Of a stretch of DNA of 40,210 nucleotides, positions 17,832 to 24,490 are shown one piece after another. The number at the start of each line of letters is the position of its first letter. Within the stretch, counting starts at the first letter, position 1. A program made the translations under genes and the position numbers. Below the pieces are notes generated by a model. That model was not told the DNA's origin and ran no database searches. It worked only from the letters and a program-made list of their open reading frames with translations. Source of the DNA: a virus (Duplodnaviria; Caudoviricetes); the IMG/VR virus record IMGVR_UViG_3300017653_000001, positions 1-40,210 of that record. One strand, given 5' to 3'.

Positions 17832-18029
17832 ATGAAATACCTCACAGGTCCAGAGCTTCAGGAATATCTGCGTAGCCTACCTTATGGCGGCTTGCATAAA
17901 ATGGCAAAAGAAACCGGTATGATTTACCAGTCATTAAGCCGTATCAAGGTTGGTAAAACCATCAACCCAACATGGGAAACCATTAAAAAGGTTAGTGAGT
18001 ATAAGGCGTCGCAGGAGGTAGAGGGATGA
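17832..18029 (+). CDS. XRE/Cro-like HTH transcriptional regulator (65 aa)
   Basis: 'LHKMAKETGMIYQSLSRIKVGKTINPTWETIKKV'. Confidence 0.85.
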   Translation: MKYLTGPELQEYLRSLPYGGLHKMAKETGMIYQSLSRIKVGKTINPTWETIKKVSEYKASQEVEG

Positions 18030-18097
18030 TAGAAGCCATAATAACCGAGAATCTAATCCTGACGTTTATTGGTATTTGTATGTTGGCGAGGTTGTGA
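18026..18097 (+). CDS. 23-aa hydrophobic peptide
   Basis: MIEAIITENLILTFIGICMLARL*; GGAGG upstream; overlaps the HTH stop and the next start. Confidence 0.45.
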   Translation: MIEAIITENLILTFIGICMLARL

Positions 18098-18276
18098 TGA
18101 GAGTTTATTTGCATGACGGTGAGACAAAAGAAATGACAGTTGATTCTGCCACGGCCGGAATGAAAATTGATAAAGTTGAATTAACATTCAAGGATTTTGA
18201 ATTACTAAACAGACGAGTTCTTTGTAATGAATGGGCTAAAACTATGGTTACGAGAATGAATCCTTTTGCTAAATAA
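18097..18276 (+). CDS. Hypothetical protein (59 aa)
   Basis: GAGG RBS, TGATG overlap, followed by a terminator. Confidence 0.6.
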   Translation: MRVYLHDGETKEMTVDSATAGMKIDKVELTFKDFELLNRRVLCNEWAKTMVTRMNPFAK

Positions 18277-18281
18277 TTAAC

Positions 18282-18308
18282 GCCCCGGTTTTTACGCCGG
18301 GGCTTTTT
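18282..18308 (+). terminator. Rho-independent terminator
   Basis: GCCCCGG-N8-CCGGGGC-TTTTT. Confidence 0.8.
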
Positions 18309-18366
18309 GCATATATGGGTGTGTTTCATACACCTTTTCCTTCACTAGGCATCACCTCCTTTCAGG

Positions 18367-20709
18367 TCATCTCACATAATACCTTTTCAAAATTTCAAGA
18401 TTCTTTTTATTGGTATCTTCATCCACACGAAGATCACCTCGCGCAACCATATGAGCCAATGCCTTTTCAACCTCCTCTTTACCGTATTTTGATATATTTG
18501 ATCTTGCTGCAATCCACGCAAATGTTTGCCCAGGCTTGTTTTTTACTGCCTTGTATATAGATGCTAGAAGTTTGTCCGCCTTAGAAAACGATTTATCCTC
18601 AATGGTGATTGCGCTTACTTTTTCCTCAGCATCACGCATAGAAGCGGCCATTGCCCATTTTACATGCTCAACAGTTATCAATCCATCTGGTATGCCAAGA
18701 ATAAGGGCAATCTTAATAGCCTTCTCGCACACACGTCTGTACAGGCCAGAGAAGGGCTCCAAGCCCATTTCAATCTTGCTCTGGTTATAATCCACAGCCC
18801 AATTGATGCACCTTTCAATAAGCGCCTCTGCTTCCGGTTCTATATCAACCAACCGCAACGGCCCTCGACGCTCAATCCTGTCAACTTCCTCAGTGCTGTC
18901 GCCACCAGAAAGGGCAAGAATCTTCATTTTCATGCCATATGGCATATCTTCTTTGGTAAACCCTGGGTTTGGATAAGGGTTAATATCTGGCTCTACACAC
19001 ATAACCGTACGGCCAAGGAACCCGCTTTCTGCGTTATCAATGACCATCATACGGGATAGCTGTGTCGGTGTGGTAAACCCAATCAAAGATAAGAATGGCT
19101 CAACAAGCCTGTCAGCGGTTTTTAAGCGTTCCTTCAGGCTATCAACCATCTTTTGAGAATGTTCTTTATCTTCGTTCTCCTCCACCTTTTGCGTGAAGTA
19201 TGCCAGCTTATCGCGCATCATCTTTTGCAGTTCGCGTTTATCATCACCTCCCACAATATGGAAAGATTCCGATTTGGTGTAAACGCTCATGAACGTTTCA
19301 ATGACACCCTCAAGGTGAGACGCGCCAGAGCGAGAAGCGTTACTAATCTTTGCCAGATGAGCGCCAACTTCATCAATGGTGTATATTGCCGCCTGATGGT
19401 GTATCAGATTTTGATACATTTCACGTTCAGACTTAATCTTTCCGTGATTTGCCCCAGACATTCCAGCGAGGATTATGATCTTGTTCACGGCCTCCAGCAC
19501 CGCATCTTTACCAGTGCCAGACCCGGCCACACAGAATATAGCAAGATTTGCCCTTGTCCGACTGGTATCGTTCGCAGCGTAATTAAGACCAGCAATGTTG
19601 CCAATAGCGTACAGAGAGGCCATTGCGGACAGGTTTAAGCGAGGATAACGGCATTGCGTGTTAATCCACCGCGTAACCTCCCCGCAGAATCCTGGTGGCA
19701 TTGTCAGGTCTATTGTTGAGATATCTACAGGACAGCCCTTGATAGGGTTTTTTACCTCTTTAATATTTTCTTTGGTAACTCCCTGAGTGACAGGATTACC
19801 AGTTACAGCCTTCGCGAACCATCCTTGTAGCTCGACCTCCTCGAATGATACTTTCTCAGTCCACCCTCCATCCTGTGCCATTTTGATCAATGTGCCAATG
19901 GTTACTGGATTTGATGACTTGCCAAATGAGTGCCATCGGGCGTCAATGGCTTCTGAATTGTATTTAGAACTGCGCTTGCTCCATTCATCCCACAGCGCCA
20001 CACCGTTGCCGTGAGTGGCGTCATGGATAGCCATCCCAATCTTTACCCAATCGGAATATTCGTCGTAGCAATCAATATGCTCCAGCATATCTGCAATGAC
20101 GCTATCAGATATATCTATCGTGCCGCCTTCATATTCAATTTTTCTGCGTTCTTCTCTTTTAAGGAAATCAACAAGAGCAGCTGGTGCCTGGTCTATGTCA
20201 TCCACAGACCCAGAGAGAACATTATAATTGCTCCCAGACTTATGTGGCGATCCTGGTCCTACAACGAAGCCGGTGTGTTTGAAATCAATGCCCTTATAGT
20301 CTTTATGCGTCTGGACGGTTTTAACGTCTGCTGGCAATGAAAAATAAAGGTGTTTGGACCCACCACCTGATCCTGTCTCAACGATAAGGCCAGCAGACGC
20401 AATATCAGGGAACTTCTCCAATAGTGCTGCATATGAAGCCAGGCCACCGTTCTTAGCGTCCACGTCAATTACCAATAGATTGCTGCACAGAACGCCATAC
20501 CCTCGCCCCATGCTGTCAACCATCATTGACATGTTTTCTATCTGGTCACCATCCCATTGCGGGGTATTCTGCCAGTTGGAAGCTACAGGATGTTTGCCTA
20601 TTGCCGTGCATTTTGGATTGCCGCAACCACAATAATTACCATCAATGCTTTCCAACATGAAAACACGATGATTGTTTTCAGCGAAGGCTTGTATATGTGT
20701 GTTGGTCAT
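18367..20709 (-). CDS. Bifunctional primase-polymerase (Prim-Pol + PriCT-2) fused to a P-loop ATPase/helicase-like domain (780 aa)
   Basis: 'CGCGNPKC..IGKHP', 'LVIDVD', 'ETGSGGGSKHLYF', 'VVGPGSPH'; PriCT-2 'YSDWVKIGMAI...WDEWS...WHSF'; Walker A 'AGSGTGKD'. Confidence 0.9.
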   Translation of the reverse strand: MTNTHIQAFAENNHRVFMLESIDGNYCGCGNPKCTAIGKHPVASNWQNTPQWDGDQIENMSMMVDSMGRGYGVLCSNLLVIDVDAKNGGLASYAALLEKFPDIASAGLIVETGSGGGSKHLYFSLPADVKTVQTHKDYKGIDFKHTGFVVGPGSPHKSGSNYNVLSGSVDDIDQAPAALVDFLKREERRKIEYEGGTIDISDSVIADMLEHIDCYDEYSDWVKIGMAIHDATHGNGVALWDEWSKRSSKYNSEAIDARWHSFGKSSNPVTIGTLIKMAQDGGWTEKVSFEEVELQGWFAKAVTGNPVTQGVTKENIKEVKNPIKGCPVDISTIDLTMPPGFCGEVTRWINTQCRYPRLNLSAMASLYAIGNIAGLNYAANDTSRTRANLAIFCVAGSGTGKDAVLEAVNKIIILAGMSGANHGKIKSEREMYQNLIHHQAAIYTIDEVGAHLAKISNASRSGASHLEGVIETFMSVYTKSESFHIVGGDDKRELQKMMRDKLAYFTQKVEENEDKEHSQKMVDSLKERLKTADRLVEPFLSLIGFTTPTQLSRMMVIDNAESGFLGRTVMCVEPDINPYPNPGFTKEDMPYGMKMKILALSGGDSTEEVDRIERRGPLRLVDIEPEAEALIERCINWAVDYNQSKIEMGLEPFSGLYRRVCEKAIKIALILGIPDGLITVEHVKWAMAASMRDAEEKVSAITIEDKSFSKADKLLASIYKAVKNKPGQTFAWIAARSNISKYGKEEVEKALAHMVARGDLRVDEDTNKKNLEILKRYYVR

Positions 20710-20717
20710 GTTAGATT
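20689..20717 (+). promoter_or_regulatory. Candidate antisense promoter overlapping the primase start codon
   Basis: TTGTAT(20689-94)-N17-TAGATT(20712-17). Confidence 0.5.
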
Positions 20718-20723
20718 ATCCAT

Positions 20724-20807
20724 GTTCTGGCGTTTTTGCCTTTCTTCGTCGGAACCTACAAGCCGGCTCCGAGCGTCCTCCACCGTTTCGTCGAGCCGGC
20801 TTTTTTA
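20724..20807 (+). ncRNA. Candidate counter-transcribed (antisense) RNA, about 85 nt
   Basis: Promoter-like motif upstream; 10-bp stem AAGCCGGCTC/GAGCCGGCTT followed by a T-run; TCCTCCA in the apical loop; non-coding on the plus strand. Confidence 0.5.
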
Positions 20808-21032
20808 TGCGATACGCCAGCAGAAATACTCACCGTCTTGTTTTCGCACGGTAAACTTTTTGTTGTTTCGAACAGCATAAGATGATGCACAGCTTCTTAC
20901 ATTGCTGGGATTATCTACCCCCAAACAAAAACAGTCTCCAATCTGCATATCCCTGAATGGGTATTTGGGGGGCCTCCCTGGACCATATTGTTCTGATCCA
21001 TCAAGGGGTCGCCGACTTATTTCGAAACTCAT
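20805..21032 (-). CDS. Small putative DNA-binding protein (75 aa)
   Basis: AT-hook-like GRPPK, then the 'KYPFRDMQIGDCF...FTVR...CWRIA' phage motif; GGAG RBS; first gene of the leftward operon. Confidence 0.75.
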   Translation of the reverse strand: MSFEISRRPLDGSEQYGPGRPPKYPFRDMQIGDCFCLGVDNPSNVRSCASSYAVRNNKKFTVRKQDGEYFCWRIA

Positions 21033-21062
21033 TTCAACTCTCCATTTTTGTCATATGGGCCT

Positions 21063-21090
21063 AACATAGTACGAATTAAAATGAAGTCAA
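21063..21090 (-). promoter_or_regulatory. Leftward early promoter candidate
   Basis: TTGACT-N16-TATGTT upstream of the 21032 start. Confidence 0.55.
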
Positions 21091-21139
21091 ATATTTTTCC
21101 ATTTTGTACAACCAGTCACACTGTTTACAGCCAATGGTT

Positions 21140-21478
21140 GATCCCAAAGATCCCTATAGATCCCATGCTTTTGGGATCAGGTAAGCTGTTGAAATTATTA
21201 AGGAATCTTCAATTATCCCTAGATCCCAAGAAATTCGGTATAAGAGTAATATAGAGACCCTAAATTGAGGATAGGATAAAAGACTATTTATCTTTATATA
21301 TCATATACTTAGCTATCTTGCTACATTTAATTGTAGCAATTATATGACTTATACCAACTGTTATCCCCTCTCCCCTTATACAAAAAAGCCGGGATCAAGG
21401 GATATTCGGGATAATGCTTTAAATTCAATTACTTAGTCGATCCCAAAGTTTGGGATCTATGGGATCTATGATTTTGGG
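21140..21478. repeat. Putative replication origin with GATCCC/GGGATC iteron-like repeats in two mirror-image arms around an AT-rich core
   Basis: GATCCC at 21140, 21149, 21159, 21222, 21439; GGGATC at 21173, 21391, 21452, 21461; non-coding; near the primase gene at the strand switch. Confidence 0.7.
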
Positions 21479-21506
21479 GCATTTTTCGTATCAGGTTGTA
21501 CTTTTC

Positions 21507-21548
21507 TTACAATTATGTGTTGACACGGTATGAAAGGTGTGGGATGGT
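21507..21548 (+). promoter_or_regulatory. Rightward early promoter candidate preceded by an operator-like motif
   Basis: TTACAATTATGTG (21507-19), then TTGACA-N17-GATGGT. Confidence 0.5.
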
Positions 21549-21580
21549 GGGTTATCGAGCAACGAAGTGGAGAAAATTAA

Positions 21581-21778
21581 ATGATGACACCGAGAGTAAG
21601 CCAAGCTGATATTTTTGGATTGAGAAAAACGATCGATGGTCTGATGATGGATCTCGATCTTGTGGAGGAAGGAATGGAAATGACAAATCAGGATATGTGG
21701 GCCTGCATCATGGCAGGTGTAATGCTGGCTCTGGCTTTTGCAGCGCCGTTCGTAATTCTGGCTGTGGGGTTGGTGTGA
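21581..21778 (+). CDS. Small protein with C-terminal TM helix (possible internal start near 21680)
   Basis: GGAG RBS; hydrophobic 'IMAGVMLALAFAAPFVILAVGLV'. Confidence 0.6.
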   Translation: MMTPRVSQADIFGLRKTIDGLMMDLDLVEEGMEMTNQDMWACIMAGVMLALAFAAPFVILAVGLV

Positions 21779-21993
21779 TGGAGAAGGGCACAGGAGGACC
21801 GGCATTCCCCGTCACGTTCGAAGGTGGAAGCAACAACGGCGATGCCCCTTTCTTTCACGAAGGTATGACCCTGCGTGATTATTTTGCGGGGCAGGCTTTG
21901 GCTGGAACAGGTAATGTAAATTACCACACAATTAAGGAAATGGCAGAAACTTGCTACAAAATAGCAGACGCAATGTTGGAGGCACGGAAATGA
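21778..21993 (+). CDS. Conserved phage hypothetical protein (71 aa)
   Basis: 'GGPAFP...GMTLRDYFAGQAL...YKIADAMLEAR' widespread phage motif; TGATG overlap. Confidence 0.85.
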   Translation: MEKGTGGPAFPVTFEGGSNNGDAPFFHEGMTLRDYFAGQALAGTGNVNYHTIKEMAETCYKIADAMLEARK

Positions 21994-22307
21994 TGAAATC
22001 AATTATCTTGGCATCTGCCGCACTGTTCGCAGCACCCGCCTCAGCGCAAGCCCTGGAGCCGGTTGAAGCTCTCACCGGAATTATCCGTATGGAGACGGCA
22101 AGACAGTATTGTGGGTTGCCTTTACCGGAGGATGCATTGCGGGAATTGGTTGGCGTAGTAGCTCCCTATGTCAAGAAAACGCCACAGGAGTTCACTGAGA
22201 GCGTTCGCCGTGCGGCTGGGGAGTTGGGTGCTAATTACGCTAGAAACGGCTCCTTACCCGGTTTCTGTGCGAATGTGGGTAAAATTTATGGGAGGTATGG
22301 GAAGTGA
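21990..22307 (+). CDS. Exported protein with Sec signal peptide (105 aa)
   Basis: MMKSIILASAALFAAPASA|Q; two Cys in the mature part; GGAGG RBS. Confidence 0.7.
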   Translation: MMKSIILASAALFAAPASAQALEPVEALTGIIRMETARQYCGLPLPEDALRELVGVVAPYVKKTPQEFTESVRRAAGELGANYARNGSLPGFCANVGKIYGRYGK

Positions 22308-22474
22308 TTACTGAGTTCGAAGTTTTAATGGGTGTGTCTGGTGTTCTTTTCACAAGTGGTTTTGTTTGTGCATCTGTAGGAAATATGGAGAATGAAAAAC
22401 CACTAATAACGATTGGACTTTATTTTATTTTGTTTTCAACGATGGCAGCTTTCGCAGCATGGAGGATGGTATGA
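22304..22474 (+). CDS. Small 2-TM membrane protein (56 aa; absent from the track)
   Basis: GTG start after GGAGG; MITEFEVLMGVSGVLFTSGFVCASVG...LITIGLYFILFSTMAAFAAWRMV*. Confidence 0.6.
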   Translation: MITEFEVLMGVSGVLFTSGFVCASVGNMENEKPLITIGLYFILFSTMAAFAAWRMV

Positions 22475-22686
22475 GCGACTGGATCGAATGGAAATGGACG
22501 CCTGAAAAGCCCTATCCTGAGACTTTGGATAAGGCTGTAGTAGTACGATTTCGTGATTGGCCTGAAGAAGACAGTATGACTGTTGGAGACCTTTGGCATC
22601 CAGACAATGAATACGATCATTGGTTTCAATCAGGCCATCGTGGCGACATCACCCACTACCGCCTAGCATCGGAGCACAAAGAATGA
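22471..22686 (+). CDS. Hypothetical protein (71 aa)
   Basis: 'MSDWIEW...VVVRFRD...DITHYRL' phage motif; GGAGG RBS. Confidence 0.75.
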   Translation: MSDWIEWKWTPEKPYPETLDKAVVVRFRDWPEEDSMTVGDLWHPDNEYDHWFQSGHRGDITHYRLASEHKE

Positions 22687-22847
22687 CCTACGACCCTCAA
22701 GCAGGTAGAAAGGGATCGAGCCGCAAGCATCTGATCGAGGTGCTTATCAAGGAAATCGAAGCGCACAAAGCCGGAAAGCACAGTGCTGAATGCATGGGAG
22801 CTTTGATTACGGCAGTGCGGCGGTATCAGAAGGAGATGGGGAAGTGA
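22683..22847 (+). CDS. Hypothetical protein (54 aa)
   Basis: GGAG RBS; ATGA overlap. Confidence 0.6.
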   Translation: MTYDPQAGRKGSSRKHLIEVLIKEIEAHKAGKHSAECMGALITAVRRYQKEMGK

Positions 22848-22915
22848 CAGACGGCACAATATTGCTCATCGTTTTCATGCTGTTTTTGGCATTTGCACTT
22901 TGGAGGATAACATGA
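22844..22915 (+). CDS. 23-aa hydrophobic peptide
   Basis: AAGGAG RBS, GTG start; MTDGTILLIVFMLFLAFALWRIT*. Confidence 0.5.
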   Translation: MTDGTILLIVFMLFLAFALWRIT

Positions 22916-22971
22916 CCCTAGCCCTACTCTGCATTTTCGGACCTTTCATTTGCGTGTGGGCGCTGCAATGA
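22912..22971 (+). CDS. 19-aa hydrophobic peptide
   Basis: GGAGGA RBS; MTLALLCIFGPFICVWALQ*; stop overlaps the GcrA-like ATG. Confidence 0.5.
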   Translation: MTLALLCIFGPFICVWALQ

Positions 22972-23600
22972 CTATTACCTGGACACCTGAACGAATAAAG
23001 GCAGCTTCCGAGCTATGGATTTCCGGAAAAGGACCAGCCCATATCTCACGCGAGCTAGGGGTAACGCTTAATTCCTTTAACGGCTTCATGGCGCGCAATA
23101 AGGAATTGTTCCCGAAAAGGAAGAAAACAAACGAACTGGCCGTCATGTGCGTTGATCTATGGGACAAAGGAATGTCCATCCGGGTTATCGCCGAGACTCT
23201 TGGAAAGACAGAGGGACAGATTGCCGGTGTTGTCAGGCGGAATAAGGAATTATTCAGCAACAAACGGAAATCAATGAAAGCGGAGAAATCAGGCCGCAAT
23301 CATAAAAACAATCGTCGCACATCCACGAACGCAAATGCAGCGCCTAAAGTTTACCTGAATAACGACATCCCATTGGATGAATACGAAACCAGCCGTTTAC
23401 CAGGCTTGACGCTCATGGAGAACGATGGATGCATGTATGCGCTTACATTTGAAGGTCCGCATTGTTTCTGTGCCGCAAAGCGTAGCCTTGGATCCAGATA
23501 TTGTGCGTATCATGTCGAAAAGACAACCGGATATAAGGGCATTGATATTTCATATCGAAAAGGATATGATCGGAACATTAAGGAAGTGGAGGTTGTATGA
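22968..23600 (+). CDS. gcrA: GcrA-like cell-cycle regulator with tandem N-terminal HTH domains (210 aa)
   Basis: N-terminal 'WTPERIKAASELWISG...ISRELGVT'; C-terminal 'LTLMENDGCMYAL...FCAAKR..GSRYCAYH' as in the GcrA sigma70-interacting domain. Confidence 0.8.
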   Translation: MTITWTPERIKAASELWISGKGPAHISRELGVTLNSFNGFMARNKELFPKRKKTNELAVMCVDLWDKGMSIRVIAETLGKTEGQIAGVVRRNKELFSNKRKSMKAEKSGRNHKNNRRTSTNANAAPKVYLNNDIPLDEYETSRLPGLTLMENDGCMYALTFEGPHCFCAAKRSLGSRYCAYHVEKTTGYKGIDISYRKGYDRNIKEVEVV

Positions 23601-23779
23601 GCAAGAAAGGCAAGAAAGCTTTACAGCAGATAGTGGACCAGTCAGTCTATGACTTTCAAGCAAGTCAGTCTATGTGGTTCTGTGAATGTGCAATCAACCT
23701 TATGGCGTCTACTATGCCTATTCATGAAGTAGCAGAGTATTTGCGTCGTCAGGTAAAGATTTTAGAGGAATATGAGTGA
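23597..23779 (+). CDS. Hypothetical protein (60 aa)
   Basis: GGAGG RBS; overlaps both neighbours. Confidence 0.65.
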   Translation: MSKKGKKALQQIVDQSVYDFQASQSMWFCECAINLMASTMPIHEVAEYLRRQVKILEEYE

Positions 23780-24269
23780 ACCCATGGTTATGGGGCGTCC
23801 GGTCGAATTCAATCAAGAGATTGCAGATGAGATTTGTGCACGTCTTGCGGACGGTGAAAGCCTTCGCAAGATTTGCCTTGATGAACACATGCCACCTCGT
23901 AGGACTGTGTTTGGATGGTTGTTTAATCCTAAGCTTGAACACTTTAAGCACCAATACACGTACGCCAGAGAAATGCAGGCAGAGTCTTTTGCTGATGAAA
24001 TGAAAGACATTGCTGACGATGCAAGCAATGACTACATGGAGACTGTGGAAAACGAGACTGGCGCAATCATTGGTTACAAGCTGAATGGCGAGCACATCAA
24101 CCGCTCACGTCTGCGTATTGACACTCGTAAGTGGATTGCTTCTAAGCTTAAACCTAAGAAGTACGGGGACAAGATTGAGGTGGAGAATACAGGCTCTATC
24201 AGCCACAAACATTCCATAGGTGAAATGACAGACGAAGAGCTTTCCAAGATCATAAGTGGAGAAAAATGA
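23772..24269 (+). CDS. terS: Terminase small subunit (Sf6 gp1-like)
   Basis: 'GRPVEFNQEIADEICARLADGESLRKIC', 'RSRLRIDTRKWIASKLKPKKYGDK'; upstream of terL. Confidence 0.9.
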   Translation: MSEPMVMGRPVEFNQEIADEICARLADGESLRKICLDEHMPPRRTVFGWLFNPKLEHFKHQYTYAREMQAESFADEMKDIADDASNDYMETVENETGAIIGYKLNGEHINRSRLRIDTRKWIASKLKPKKYGDKIEVENTGSISHKHSIGEMTDEELSKIISGEK

Positions 24270-24459
24270 AAATGGAGATCAAAGAACTGTTAGAAACTCA
24301 TGATGAGCACATTCTTAATTTATGTGTAAATTGCGAAAAACCTACGCCTCTTGAATTTAATAAGGTAGCCAATCTTTCTTATTGCTTTAGATGTGACACA
24401 TATTATCAGCCAAAGTCATATGTGCCTAAGGCTCGCGATAAATGACAGACGAAGAGCTT
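24223..24459 (+). repeat. 20-bp direct repeat AAATGACAGACGAAGAGCTT (24223-24242 and 24440-24459) flanking an inserted gene
   Basis: Exact match read from the sequence; similarity continues to GTGGAGAAA. Confidence 0.9.
24266..24445 (+). CDS. Small zinc-finger protein (59 aa; absent from the track)
   Basis: MKMEIKELL...CVNC...CFRC...KARDK*; AT-rich; ATGA overlap with terS. Confidence 0.65.
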   Translation: MKMEIKELLETHDEHILNLCVNCEKPTPLEFNKVANLSYCFRCDTYYQPKSYVPKARDK

Positions 24460-24490
24460 GCGAAGGTTATTGCGGTGGAGAAATAACCTC

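Noticed and set aside
13397-19638. Plus-strand ORFs such as 13397-13996, 16404-16964 and 19153-19638
   Set aside because: They lie opposite well-supported helicase, SSB and primase genes and have no motifs
21076-21212. CtrA-like sites TTAA-N7-TCAA at 21076-21090 and 21198-21212
   Set aside because: Each has a mismatch to TTAA-N7-TTAA and lies in very AT-rich DNA; not distinguishable from chance without a PWM scan
21048-21254. 68-aa plus-strand ORF across the origin
   Set aside because: TTG start without an RBS; its DPK/DPM repeats simply reflect the GATCCC DNA repeats
21140-21478. Repeat cluster as a CRISPR array
   Set aside because: Repeats are 6-11 bp, in both orientations and irregularly spaced; there are no spacers or cas genes
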